A DNA stretch of 64,000 nucleotides, taken from the NCBI RefSeq assembly GCF_947568905.1, contig NC_079165.1, forward strand, positions 100,130,001 to 100,194,000. The letters run 5' to 3'. Position 1 is the stretch's first letter; each line of letters starts with the position of its first letter. The notes beneath the pieces were generated by a model, which saw only the letters and a program-made list of their open reading frames with translations, had not been told where the DNA came from and searched no databases. The DNA comes from Ostrea edulis. Its lineage: Eukaryota. Both the position numbers and the translations under genes were made by a program. Positions 35,753-48,363 of the stretch are shown in pieces.

Positions 35753-36982
35753 TTGTGCGTTTTTCGCGTATACGTGATTTTAAATATGATTCTTTTTAAT
35801 GTTTCTTTGAAATAAGCAAATCGAAAAAGCATTTTTGGAAACTATGGATTGATTGTTTTAACTAGAATGCAATTTTTTTTCTTTTTCTGGAAAGATTCAA
35901 TTTTAACATTGATATTTGTCCTTCCGTGGGTTCTCATCTCGATAAAGTCACCCATCTTCTTTACTAATTTTAAAATACATGTTGAGAAACTGAGATTAAA
36001 GTCGATATGATCACAAAGCAGTTGCTATTGTAAGGGGAACGCGGAAGAATAAGTTTAAAGGGGATGCTGCATGATGTACACATAAGCATTACTGTCGTTT
36101 ATCTAGCCCACCTATATATATATATATAGTCCTTTGAACGTTTTTTAAAATCGGTATGCATGCATCTTCATACAAAAATATAATGTATCGATTATACGGA
36201 TATAGCATTCATCTACATGTCCTCAGAGCACAATATATAGGGGCAAATTAATACATGTATTAAGGAATTGTAAGGCATAGCAAGAAACGTATCCTCATTT
36301 CACTTATGTATTGTGTAAACACCCCAAAGCTGACTGAAGTAATACAGGCGTAGGAAACATACTACTGTTCCTGAAATACATGTTGAAATTAGTTGGACCT
36401 GACATTCCGTGTGTCATCTATTCTATAGGCAGTGTTAGAAGAAACATGTTGGTGCGTTTCATGCATTTTGAAATACCAGAAGACAACAAACAAATGGCAA
36501 ACTTGTTCTAAAATGACACTTTTTGTAACAAATGAAATGCTAAGTGTGACCATATCTTGTATGTATTAAAAAGATTCTATCCAGAATCACGTGTATCAGT
36601 ACATTGTCCATAATTAAAATTGAATAACAACGTAGGAATAAAATGATTATTAACATTGGCTATTACGAAAAATATCACATACTCATCACCATTGTAATTT
36701 TCTGTTCAAATTCAAATTTAATCAGACTGTTTCCTTACTGACGCCTGCTACTGACCTTCCTAAAATGTTTTTCTTTTTTCCCACATTAGTATTATTATAT
36801 TCTACATAAATATGTATATTATTATGTTGACCAAGGAGACACTATTGTTTGTCAGAACTCTTTTGAATCACAAGAATACTTTTGCATTTTTTTTTCTCCA
36901 ATAAATTTTCAATGGGGGATAATAAAACCGTCTCTCCTTTTTTGTCGTTTTCAATATTTGTATTTATAAAGTCAAGATTTAA

Positions 36983-37220
36983 GCACTCCAGGCAATTTTT
37001 TTTTTTTTTTTTTTTTTTGAGCGCATGGCATTGTCAATGTTTTGTTGCAGAGACAATTAATATTAACGTAAACACATTTTTTGTAAACTTATCGATCCGT
37101 TGCCATGGCGATCATGTACACAGAAATGTATGGCATAATTTTGTTCCTGGTACTAAATTGCATTATTGTATGAAATGGGGAAAAAATTGACCATGCGCCC
37201 CAAAACAAAATTGCCAGTGC
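36983..37220. mobile_element. 238-bp MITE with imperfect TIRs and TTAA target duplication
   Basis: TTAA|GCACTCCAGGCAATTTT...TGAGCGCATGG at the left; CCATGCGCCCCAAAACAAAATTGCCAGTGC|TTAA at the right. Confidence 0.7.
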
Positions 37221-37847
37221 TTAATTAAACTAGAAACATGGCCATATTAAGGTTTAGTTTCTGTCAGGCGAGGAAATACATTTCACAAATCGTCTTGGAA
37301 TATTACATTATTATCGCAACTGACAGGAAATAACTTCAGTTTTGATTGTAAATATATACTTTAATGTTGAGTAGGAAAAAATACATTGCCTGTCACACAG
37401 TTGATATCAGCTTCAAGAATTGTCATCGATCGCTAGAATAATCAAACATTTTCATAAATATGTTTATAAAACTTTTTCTTGGTCCAAAGTACATTATGTA
37501 TCAATCAGAGACCTCGTTCTATTATGAATTCAAATAAAATCCGAAATGCAGCCTAGCACAAAGGGGACACGAGGCTTCTCGATATTTAAATGTATGTGGA
37601 TTTTAAAAATTCAACAATAAAATCAAATCTATTTCTGCGTTCAAAGACCATTCAAGCAAAATGATATTGAGGAGATGCTATTGAAGTATACGTAATTTCA
37701 ATGAAAGGTATGTTTATAATTCAATCAGACAAATGAAATAGCGTCTCCTATTGAGACCCTTCACAACAAGGAGAAAACACGATAGGAATCGTCAATACGG
37801 TATTATTACAAAATCGATTTGACGGATATTAAAGACGAGAATTCAGC

Positions 37848-39905
37848 ATGACAAAGCCAGGACGCGGAGATATAAAACTCAACGAGAAGTTCCTTACTTG
37901 TGGGCTATGTAACCAGTGGTTTACCCAGCCCAGGACTTTGCCTTGTTTACATTCCTACTGCGAGAGCTGTCTTTCCAAAAACATCCATGACTACATTGCC
38001 AGAGCAAGCGTCAAGAAAGGAGGACAAACCATCCATCCGACCGAGTACGTGTGTCCCACATGCAGCAAGGCTATCAACGTGTCCAAGTTCTCCTCACAGC
38101 CCGCCAAAAACTGGACGACAAAATTCCCGCTGAATACATTTCTCTTGGATCTTTTGGACATTGAACTTCTGAGAAGAGGTGAGAAAACTTGCGGACCTTG
38201 CATACGTAATGGAGAAAGGTCCGAGGTTGTATCCTGGTGTAAAGAATGTCGGGACGGGCTCTGTAGGAACTGTTCTAAAGTCCATCATGGGATGCGTGTC
38301 TCAATGGAGCACACAGTCCTCAGTAAGGAGCAATTCATGAAGCATATTTCTTTGCTTCAAGAGCAACAGGAACCTTGCCAGAAGCATCTTGGTAAGACCC
38401 TCGACATGTACTGTATGACGGACAAAGAGTTGTGTTGTCCAAACTGTGTAGCCGAAGAACACAGACGCTGTGACCGAGTAGTATCCGTTATGGACGCAGT
38501 AAAACAGAGTCGCCTGGATAAAACACCGGAATTCCTGAAGAAAAACCTGGAGGAATACAATGACCATATAGAAAAGATCATCGCAGCTCGAACCAACAAA
38601 TTGATGAGTCTAGACGAGCAGAAATCAAAGCTGGTTGAAGAGTTTGCCCAGATTCGCATCAATGTCATAAATGTTCTAGACAAAATGGAGAAAGCTATCA
38701 AGAAAGAGTTGACCGATATGCACGTAGCAGAGACAAAGACAATGGAGAAAGAGGTGAAGAGGTCCAGAAAGATAAAGTCAGCGGTAACAAACGCAAATGA
38801 ACTGCTGAACGTCACAGAAAATCATGGATCCGATTCTAATTTGATGAAAACAATTGAGGAGGTCAAGAGGGAATGTCTCTGGTACGAGGAGGAGATGGGA
38901 AAACTGAGAGGTAAAATACAAGACTGCGAGTACGTTTTTGAAATTGACGAACATATCGAAACATTGCTGAACAAAGTTAAGAAGTACGGAGAGTTGATTG
39001 TTCGTCACTCCCCATCCAAGCTACAACCCTTTCCAAACACCGTGACAATTGAAAAGTCTATCGAACAAGGAAAGCAGTTCAAGTCCACCTTGTCTCTCAG
39101 AGGACGAAAGGCAGATCTTGCAAAGTCGTTTGACGCCAAAATGGAGGACGACATCAAAGACTGCTGGTATACAGGGGCCGCCTTTCTTAGTGACGGTAGA
39201 TTTGTACTGGTGGACCGTTCCAACCGGAAGCTAAAGCTCTTTAGCAAAAACTACCGGCTTCTGAGCAGTATCTTTTTCACAACGAAGCCATGGGACGTGA
39301 CCGTTGTTGGCGAAAATGAAATTGCCGTGACTCTTCCTGAAGAGCATGGGATACAACTGTTGTCCATTGGCGATTCCATCAAGATGTCCGACTACTTTAC
39401 AACCGAGGAGGCTTGTTTCGGAATCAAGCATGTTCGCGGGAAGTTCTTTGCTCTTTGTTACGACGGAAAGCCTCCAGCATTAAAGGTTATCTCCTCGGAT
39501 GGACGCGAGCTTGCAGCCATTGCAGTTGATGACGATGGAAATCCGTTGTTTTCGCGTCCGATCTACGTAACGTCAAACAACGCTGGCACTTTGATTTATG
39601 TGTCCGATGAGCGCCGAGGCTGCATCACGTGCCTGACGGAAACATCCGAGCACTGCTACACCTACTCCACAATTGATCTCAGTCACGTCGCAGGCATCAC
39701 TCTTGACCGTGAAGGTAACCTCTATGTTTGCAGGAATCACTCTAAAAGCGTACAAATGGTATCTCCCGAGGGAGATAGAGTGAAAACCATCATATCACGG
39801 GACGAGGTGTCTTATCCCCGTGCCATTACATACGACGACAAAGAAGATCGCCTTCTCATTACTCAAGGAGACAAGAGCATTGTGAAAATATATCAGTTTG
39901 AGTAG
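37848..39905 (+). CDS. Tripartite-motif protein: RING, two B-boxes, coiled coil, C-terminal NHL-like beta-propeller (TRIM-NHL/TRIM56-like E3 ligase), 685 aa, single coding exon
   Basis: C3HC4 RING CGLC..PCLHSYCESC..CPTC; B-box1 CGPC..WCKEC..LCRNC..HH; B-box2 CQKH..YC..CCPNC..EHRRC; heptad-rich helix; propeller repeats FVLVDRSNRKLK, KPWDVT, LIYVSD, GITLDREGNLYV, PRAIT. Confidence 0.93.
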   Translation: MTKPGRGDIKLNEKFLTCGLCNQWFTQPRTLPCLHSYCESCLSKNIHDYIARASVKKGGQTIHPTEYVCPTCSKAINVSKFSSQPAKNWTTKFPLNTFLLDLLDIELLRRGEKTCGPCIRNGERSEVVSWCKECRDGLCRNCSKVHHGMRVSMEHTVLSKEQFMKHISLLQEQQEPCQKHLGKTLDMYCMTDKELCCPNCVAEEHRRCDRVVSVMDAVKQSRLDKTPEFLKKNLEEYNDHIEKIIAARTNKLMSLDEQKSKLVEEFAQIRINVINVLDKMEKAIKKELTDMHVAETKTMEKEVKRSRKIKSAVTNANELLNVTENHGSDSNLMKTIEEVKRECLWYEEEMGKLRGKIQDCEYVFEIDEHIETLLNKVKKYGELIVRHSPSKLQPFPNTVTIEKSIEQGKQFKSTLSLRGRKADLAKSFDAKMEDDIKDCWYTGAAFLSDGRFVLVDRSNRKLKLFSKNYRLLSSIFFTTKPWDVTVVGENEIAVTLPEEHGIQLLSIGDSIKMSDYFTTEEACFGIKHVRGKFFALCYDGKPPALKVISSDGRELAAIAVDDDGNPLFSRPIYVTSNNAGTLIYVSDERRGCITCLTETSEHCYTYSTIDLSHVAGITLDREGNLYVCRNHSKSVQMVSPEGDRVKTIISRDEVSYPRAITYDDKEDRLLITQGDKSIVKIYQFE

Positions 39906-40998
39906 CGTTCTGAACAAGTAGACTCTTGTCCAAAAGCAAGTATTAGAACGCACTTTCGGAATTAATAACGACATTTTAGTTTCATTGTATTTATGAGATG
40001 CTTTAGTAAAATCTTTTTTTTAAATGTCTTTTCCAAATCTCGATGGACACAAAACTGTAAATACTAGTACACGCGTAGTTACTGAACAAAAAAAATCATC
40101 TTTAATGTTTGCAAAAATTAAAGACATAATCGAACAATAGTTACAGAATCCCGGGAAAAGCAACAGGACTGCGTTCAAGATCGAAGCAGCTAGTCTAGAT
40201 ATCTAGGATTTTTTAACGCACTGCATGAAGTAACGTTTGTTAACTCTACTTTGTTCGTTCAACTTCGAAGTGCTGTCACCTTGGTGTATTTCCGTTTGGA
40301 TGTTTAAATACACAAACCAGTCAATTCTTGCAAAAATTATTTCTTCAATATATGAAAGTAAAATATATAAACTGCTATAATTAATATCACTTTTTTTTCA
40401 TCTTTATCAAACATGGTGTCATTTACAATGCGGGAGTAAAGTAAACGTTTGGTATCACTGTTCCATTGCTTGACTTCCAAATGGTCTTTGATTGACATAT
40501 GCTTCCCGTCTTTGATTGACAATTCCTTCCTCTGGTAGGCATGCATAAGTAACTGTGTTAACAGATGCATTTAAAATCCAAAATCGCATCTACCCCAAAC
40601 CATCCATGTACTTCAAGATGAACACCAATATTCCAGCAAAATTACTTAGAATAGAATGAAGTGATGGCACTAGACAGCTACCAAGAAAATTTAACTGAAA
40701 AACTGCCAAATCTAAGTAAAACTCTAATGAATTAAGCAATATTCAACAGCTTGATTTAAAATCATTTTATATAGTGACAAGACTGATCAAATTGCACAAA
40801 CTTTTGAAGCTGCACAAAGACTTAGAGAAATGCTACAAGCAGTTAGTTCATAAAATAAATTTAAAATTCAATTTTCAAGATCACTTGATATGAGTCAAAA
40901 TTTTAATTTTGATTCATTTCCAAATCTGCAGAGGCATAATAAAGCATGTTTCTATTGAACACCACAAAAGACTTGGTCTTCTGAGCAGACACACTTGT

Positions 40999-43900
40999 TT
41001 ATATCTTGGGTTTGGTTCCCACGACTTCATCAATCCATTTCAAGTATGGTGGATTCCCATTGTCAATCTAAAATTAAATCAACTGATATACATGTTTGTA
41101 ATTTGGGATACATATTTCCTTTATATCACAGATTTCTATTTTGCTAACAATGCTTAACTCTGTCAATAAAGTTATGAAAAATACCTTGAAACTGATAACC
41201 TCTGCTACGTCATATGGGTGATTTTCTCTGAAAAGATTATCAACCATTAAATGTTGCACTAAAACAAGCTCAGCAAGGAAAAAAGCTTTGTATGAATGAT
41301 GAGAAATCAGTGTCTATTTACTACAGACACGCAGATATCCTGCCATCAGTATTCAAGTTGGAATGAGATATATCACTGCAGCCTAGCTATGAGTAAAAGA
41401 ATGAACCCCTTTGCAAGTGATATGCAGGGTTCCTGAGATATACCGCGGTAGCTCTATCCCACATGGGGAGCGCAGAAAATACAGGATTCGCATTGGCCAT
41501 ACTGTACATTATGTACAAGGAAGGTTTCAAAGTATTCAGCAGTCCACAAGAATATTGCAACCCAAACCCCAGCCAATCAATGATAAAAGTAGGAACATTT
41601 AAATCCAGATCATTCTCATGTCATATTACAGGCAACAAATATCTACGATTATATGTATTAGGTAAGCTTTTTTCATCAGAGCAACCCTTTCTCCAACCAT
41701 TCTCAAATCATCTTACAGACACCAAATATCTGATGATTATATTTACTGTGCAAGTTTTTGATCAGCATGATACAGAAAAGATGCTATAAAATATTCCAAG
41801 CCCAAACCATTCTCAAGTTATCGTATTTATTATCAAATATCAATTTAGCCATATCCAATGACCCCAGCCAATAAAATAATCAAAGGGAATCTCTAAATCT
41901 AAGGAGATTGCAAAATCACATACATGTGTCTATTTTTTAATGTCCAAACCATTCTAATGTTGTTTCAAATGAATGTGCAGAAATGTGGGATGCAGACATG
42001 CTAACAGTACAGGATGTATGGACGAACATGGGAAATACTTCTGAATGACCCTTCCAAATTTCCAGTGATAGAGACATAAATGGACAATACCAATCTAATT
42101 CTCTACAATACACTCCATTGCATATAAATTGCAATTGTATAATAAAAGTCTAATTTTCATTATATTGAGTTCAGTACATTCACTCTACCATATCAACTCA
42201 TATTTAAAATCAATCTTGAAGAATATTGATCTATAAAGCATAAAATCAGTCATAATCATTCCTAGTACATTGTTACAGTAATTGTCTCCTATACATGCAT
42301 AACAAATGAAATGATGGAATCCTTACCGGACATATTTTATAACATCATCTACTTTACTTGTGGCTGTTTTTATTTTCTGCATAAAAAACATATAAAACAG
42401 ATTCATTAAACAATGGCAGTATACTCAGTGGGCTCATGCACCTTAATTTCTTATGTTTACATTCACTGTGTGTATTCTGATTAATTTCTATTACAATCCA
42501 TTGCTTGTCATTTGCAACAGTGAAGACAAATTTTGTTCCTAGTTTATAGGTCTGGTTTTTCAGTGCCATCTGTACGCATATGAATAATACATTCCACAAA
42601 CTACTTTTTGAACAACTAACAAAAAAACAAACAAATTTGTTAAAACAGTGTGCAATGAAACAAAAATTAACATATATAGTTCAATAAAGAAATATAAATA
42701 TTTTTTCTTCTTATGATGTTATGCATTTAGAGTTTGTCCTTCTTGCACTATTTCCATTTACCATTGTTCAAATATGGAAATCATTACCAAATATGGAGAC
42801 AAATAAAGGTCAGGCGATTTTCAACTTTTATATTCAAATATTACATACTTCAAATTGAATTTATTATCAAACATGTTTACAAAATACAGAAAAACAGAGG
42901 ATAAAATGTTTTTTCTTTGGTTAGTTAAACGGGAGATGAAAGTAGCAAACATTGGAGAAAACAGCTAAAGTCGGTTATGCATTTTTCCTGCTGTTTGTGA
43001 CCTTGATCTCCCATTTAACAAACCAAAGAAAACCTTTTATTATTTAAATGATCACCTTACAAATATTTTTAAGATACATAAATTCTGAGCTCTAAACTGT
43101 GGCATTACAAAGACCCTATAATCATCATAAAAACAGAAACTTGATAAGTATGTTCGTTGTTTACATATCATGCTAACTTATTGTTATTCTTGAATTGAGA
43201 GATTTCAATAAACTTTCATTTCCCTTTTGGACCCCTTCTGTACCAGGTGTCATTAGCCATGTAACAGTAAAGAACAATGACACTGGTGGCATGATTCAAG
43301 AAAACCTAATAGATTCTATCTTGTGGCCACATTATGGCCTTAATAGCAGTTGAAAAAATAATGTGCAAAATATGATGTACATACAGACAGACAAACCTCA
43401 AAGTTAACAAATCTTAATCACAACAGCCCACTTAATTTTTCACCTCAAGTGAACTGAAAAACATATATTACTCATTTATCAGATTCTAAATCAGAATCAT
43501 TCCACTGGATTTATGTACAAATAAAATCAAATTATGTTATATATTATGGTTAGCAATGTACAAAATGCATTTTTTAAAACAGGATAAATTTTGTGACAAA
43601 AATAACATCCTTACCAACAGTAACTCTGGGTCTTCATTTATTTTCCCTTCCCACTCATAACTACAAGAAAACACAAAGATTTAACATAGTAATAAATGTC
43701 TAGTTTGTTACTGTGTATTATGGAGACATAAAAACAATGAAAGCATAGGCTAATTTGCATAATCAGCAGCTGATAACTACAGAAATTACACCATGCTTCT
43801 AATGTTTTATATCCCCATATAAATGACAAACTGGACATCTATTTCTAATATCTAGTCCGTATGTAGCTTTTATATCAAACTGAAAGATCACTTGCATAAA

Positions 43901-44787
43901 TCTGTGATATTGTCAATAAACAAAATACAATGGACCAGTATATATCTAAGCATGTACTTATTAGGGTTACTGACAAATAAATTGATAAGTTCAAAAATTG
44001 TGTTTTACAAGACATAACTTGAATTTGAAGAATTATAAGCTAGGAGAAAGAAATTATAGAATGTTGATAAAATAACTTACACAGATATCAATCCTGGGAT
44101 GATGTTAACACAGGCTGCATGTTTCTCCTTGACCAAACCCCTGTTGACAAACACAGAACAAAACAGATATGTATGAGCAACATGCAAAGTCCATTTCAAA
44201 CATCTTGAACAGCATCATACATACAAAGTAAACTGTTTCTATGTATAGGTATGTGTGTATACTCTGACATGGTGTGTACTAATTAAATTATTATACATAT
44301 GTTAGAAACTAATATTAGTTTCTAACTGCCTGTCTGTTGGCCCAACAATATAGCGGTCAGCCGGGTTTGTTCGCCAGTAGCCAGATAGCTCTTAATCAGT
44401 TGGTAGAGCACCTAACTGGAGGTTTGGGGGGCCCAGGTTTAGATCCCAATCTGGTACATAGCATTTTCTCCCTTAATTCTTGTTACATTTGGTGCCGTAG
44501 ACCAGCCCCTGAAACTGACAAGTGAAAATGCCTGCCAGGGAATTAAAAGATCCTGGGTTGATGTCTTCAAGTGTAAAGACATTTAAGGATGGAGGAATGT
44601 AGTGGTCAGCTGGGTTCGATCGTCGGTGACCAGATAGCTTAGTTAATGGAGCACCTGACTAGAGGTTCAGGGGACCCGGGTTCAAATCCCGGTCTGGTCT
44701 TATATTGCATTTTCTCCCTTCCTGTACTACAACATAAAACAGAGTAGATCAACAACTTAAGAATTTTCCACACGGCTCTCAGACGTT

Positions 44788-44832
<45 letters not shown>

Positions 44833-44997
44833 AATTTCACAAAGATAAGCTTTTTAAACATACGCTGCCAATTTCTTTGCAATTTCCATTTTGTCGATTG
44901 TGACAAAGGCTACAGAATAATCCCCCTGTTGACTCATTGTTGTCAGAGTTCGTCTCAGTACTCTAAAGAAAGAAGGCATGCACACACCAACGATAAT
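40999..44997 (-). CDS. CUTA: CutA divalent-cation tolerance homolog; exons 44864-44997, 44081-44140, 43615-43660, 42327-42376, 41185-41227, 40999-41067
   Basis: All introns are GT-AG and phase-consistent. Spliced product: MPSFFRVLRRTLTTMSQQGDYSVAFVTIDKMEIAKKLAAGLVKEKHAACVNIIPGLISVYEWEGKINEDPELLLKIKTATSKVDDVIKYVRENHPYDVAEVISFKIDNGNPPYLKWIDEVVGTKPKI*, with the CutA motifs AACVNI, YEWEG, HPY and GNPPYL.W. An ATG lies at 44979; an upstream coding exon is possible. Confidence 0.92.
43230..43460 (+). mobile_element. Degenerate pearl/CvA-like HINE remnant in a CutA intron
   Basis: ACAGACAGACA microsatellite followed by ...CCCACTTAATTTTTCACCTCAAGTGAACTGAAAA, resembling the oyster HINE 3' hairpin end (recalled consensus). 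Confidence 0.4.
44349..44731 (+). mobile_element. Terminal-repeat retrotransposon in miniature with tRNA-like LTRs (Helenus-like)
   Basis: LTR1 44349-44487 (TA..TTACA) and LTR2 44598-44731 (TG..CTACA). PBS TGGTGCCGTAGAC at 44490 resembles the tRNA-His complement. PPT AAGGATGGAGGAA at 44585-44597. Each LTR has TAGCT(T)..TGG.AGAGCAC and GGTT(C/T)A(A/G)ATCCC boxes. Flanks ACAA/ACAT. Confidence 0.78.
44791..44830. repeat. (GA)20 microsatellite
   Basis: Direct reading. Confidence 0.98.
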
Positions 44998-45199
44998 CTG
45001 CAAGTACAGAAGTTACGATACCATTGGAATTTCCACAAAATTGACAAATGAAAACGAAAGTACAGTTTTTACACGTGTAAGTACATATATACAATAATAA
45101 CAAAGCAAATTGCTAAATGTCTGCGAATCTAGCAATAAAAGCTTCCATTTATTTGCCTGCTTCCTGATCTATATCAAATAAATCCCTTTCAACGTGATT

Positions 45200-45330
45200 T
45201 TACCAGGCAAATGGACAAAACAACACAGCGCCTTGTCAACTCCAGTTTCGAGCGTCAAGTCTGGGTCAAGGCTAACTTAATTATCTGCACATCGTGCCAC
45301 AAACAATATTGACAAACTAAATTCAAAGGT
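45200..45330. promoter_or_regulatory. Probable compact bidirectional promoter/5'UTR region of CutA and the cupin gene
   Basis: The divergent start codons are about 535 bp apart. There is a + strand donor AAG|GTAAGA at 45328/9 with an acceptor TTATAG|CCATG at 45512, and a candidate - strand donor CTG|GTAAAA near 45203. Confidence 0.5.
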
Positions 45331-45514
45331 AAGATAACAGCCATCATGGCGAAAATTAGAGTGTTTACTTTTATTAAAACAATCAAAATTACAGTTGTAA
45401 TTCTTGTAAGGACAAAATAGGTCCATAGGCCGTATCGCTCACCTTTGCGTCACGCAAGATTTCACGCTTGAGCATATAGCCAACATAGACTTAATTAAAA
45501 TTTATTTTATAGCC

Positions 45515-46917
45515 ATGTCTGCCGATAAAGAGATTGATCACCTGGTTCAAAGTCTGGGGCTGATTTCTCATCCAGAGGGGGGATTTTTCGGCGAGCAGTA
45601 CCGGACAGACAGACAGGTCACATTCATACAGGATAACAAGTTAGTAAAGTTGTACAACTATTCAAACATCCATGTAGCGTAAATGATTTTAAATACAGAG
45701 AGCTTATATAGTTAAACTAGTAATTTTCTTTACTTCATGACCATATTTGTCATTTTCCTCATAAAAGATGAATTTAAGAGACCTGTAAAAGCTGGCCCTT
45801 TCTTAAAAATGAAATTGTTTTCCAGATTTGATGGACCTAGAGATGGTGGCAGTTGCATTTACTATCTTTTAAAGTCTGACAAATATGTCTCCTTCCATTT
45901 ACCTCTGTTTGACGAGATCTTTCTTTGGCATGCAGGTGGACCAGCAAAGGTACTGATCAATGTAAATTTTTGGAACATGGTTAATGACTTTAATTATTAG
46001 ACTATTCTGAGATCAATTTAGCTGCAGAACTGTAACTCTCTGGGAAAGGTTAGCTCTGATATTTTCCCAGAGAGCTACATTTCTACAGTTACGATCAGTA
46101 TACTGAAGGAAACTTACTTATGATCAGATATACACAATAGACAACGAGGGAACATTATCCGAGAGTATATTGGGAGACACTTTGAAGAATGGAGATCATC
46201 GTTATCAAGTCACGGTAAGACACGACACCTGGTATGCTGTGGAGCCAATGGAGGGAACACAATACACACTCTTTGGAGCCGTTGTCATTCCAGGTAATTA
46301 ATGATATTACATTCCAAACTTATTCTCTCGCAACACTATTGGAATATATACTTTTTAAAGATTGAAAATGCATGAATGGATGAGCTGTGATGCTTTACGC
46401 AGGTATACAATACAGACCTACTATGTTTAATCAAGTTTACACCTGCAGCGTGTTCTTGAGTGAAAGCCTTTCATTACAATTTGTAAAGATATCAAAGGCT
46501 AAAACATTGGATATGTAAACAACTATATGGGTATTGGTGGATGAACAATGATGATAGAGCATCAGAATTGATATCTTGTGTTATGTGCATCAGGTTTAGT
46601 TAACACCAACATTGCAGGAGAATATGATCTGTACACTCCTTAGACCAGCATATTGTCTATTTTCTTCTTTATCCTCTTTTATCTTTCTTCCTCCTAAGGC
46701 ACCTGATCCCACCTCTGGTATATCCAGGGGTCTGTGTTTGCCCAACTCTTTATTTTGTATTCCTTATAGGAGTTATGATATTGGTCACAGTTCCTTATCT
46801 TCACCTTTTCATCTTACAGGTTGGACATTACAAGACTGGGATCAGGGAAAGAGGGCGGATATGTTAAAGAAATTCCCACAACATGCAGAATTAATCACAA
46901 GGCTGTGTAAAGAATGA
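45515..46917 (+). CDS. DUF985 / Cupin_5 (YML079W-like) cupin-domain protein; exons 45515-45639, 45826-45949, 46128-46293, 46820-46917
   Basis: Phase-consistent GT-AG introns. Motifs LGLISHPEGGFFGEQYR, CIYYLL, SFH...DEIFLWHAGGP, YQVTV..DTWYA, YTLFGAVVIPGW, KKFPQHAELITRL. Confidence 0.9.
46020..46090. repeat. Imperfect about 28-bp inverted repeat (hairpin) in cupin intron 2
   Basis: AGCTGCAGAACTGTAACTCTCTGGGAAA ... TTTCCCAGAGAGCTACATTTCTACAGTT. Confidence 0.7.
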
Positions 46918-48363
46918 CCTCCGACACAAGAAATAATTCAACCTGTGTACAGCTTCAGGGCCAAGAATAACATTCAATGTGCAATCAAACACTGGTAGAA
47001 AACACTTTTATTTCTAACTAAATAATAAATAATTCAATCTAGCACTAGTGTTAACAATAAAATGTCTATCAAAAATAAAATGCATATTTATGTAAGACTG
47101 CCCAGGCACTCTTTGTAGTCACAAAATTCTACATATAATATGTGAATACAATGTACATGTCTAATTATAATTGCACAAAGCATATGAAGCCTTCTAGTTT
47201 CAGAAATTATTATAACCACCATAGAATTAAGTGCAAAATGTGAAGAGCTTATAAACTGAAGTTCAAACTTCAGGATGACATCATCTGAAGACTTTGTCAT
47301 AGTTAATTCCTACATTACACATGTAACACTGTGCAATAAGTGTCATTAGTCTATAAAGCACCACGTCCAGAGAATTTGAATGAGTTTCTGTTAAAGATGA
47401 TGTTGGCAAGCACCCTGTGTCTGCATCTGGAATTTACTGCATGTCGAACGATTTTGGTTTTGGGAATATTTGGCAGATACTGTATTTCACAAAAAAAGTA
47501 CTTTGAAATACTGGTGCTTTGTTTTATGGTGGATTTTCATCAAAATGTAATCATAATGTACATGTATATGAATTATCTTCATCTGCCAAAATTTCCAATG
47601 CCCAAATTGCTTTATATATATGGTATACATGTATTGATATGAGATTATGTTTCTGTGGGAAATAAAAATCAGACTATTAAAAAAAAAATGCATTGAGAAA
47701 TATTAGGGACTGCACATGTCATCTGTGACCGTGATCTTCTTTCTATACATGTATATTGTACACAGTTTGACAATTGTTTAAGTACATTGGTGGAAGTGTA
47801 TCTTCCAGGTCTGGAGATTGTAAAGTGGCTATTGCATGAAACACTTTAATACCAAGGCAGTGTGGTGAATACTCTGTTAGGAACATGGATCACAGAACTG
47901 GTAAAGTTTCAAAATGGTAAAGCGATAAACAATGTAAAACGATAACCAATGTACGTAAAATGATAAACAATACACACATAGGTACCCACAATATGAGACA
48001 GTAATACTTCACCCTGTTTGAAGTGTACAGCAAATGAATCTAAAGGTGGATAATTTTGTTGGACATAATACATCTTGACAAGCAATACCCAATGTATGTA
48101 TATATATATTTTTTATAATTAATTCACTGTACATCAAAAATACCAACATGTGTAAATAAACAGTGATTGAGACAATCTATCAAGCTGACAAAATTTAAAT
48201 AAGCATTGATTAAAATCATGCACTGGAATGCTTATCCTACAGATACTTTACAGAAAGTGGAGAGAGGTTACATTATTTATGTAAATGTGTCGCAGCATAT
48301 GATATAACCTGGCGTCTGTATGGAATATGCTGCCTTTGGCACTAAACTGGATTGCAAATAAGT

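Noticed and set aside
37700-37851. Spliced mini-uORF (ATG AAA G|CA TGA) overlapping the TRIM start
   Set aside because: The acceptor lacks a pyrimidine tract, so the intron cannot be supported without transcripts.
37991-39755. Antisense and alternate-frame ORFs over the TRIM gene
   Set aside because: These are shadows of a GC-richer coding region with no independent features.
40337-40570. 77-aa minus-strand ORF between TRIM and CutA
   Set aside because: No recognisable motif or splice context; more likely CutA 3'UTR or intergenic DNA.
44380-44700. Two tRNA genes
   Set aside because: A and B boxes are present, but no acceptor or anticodon stems can be paired; both lie within LTR-like direct repeats.
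46612-46819. N-terminal part of ORF 46612-46917
   Set aside because: It is intron 3 of the cupin gene (contains a common repeat fragment); only 46820-46917 is coding.
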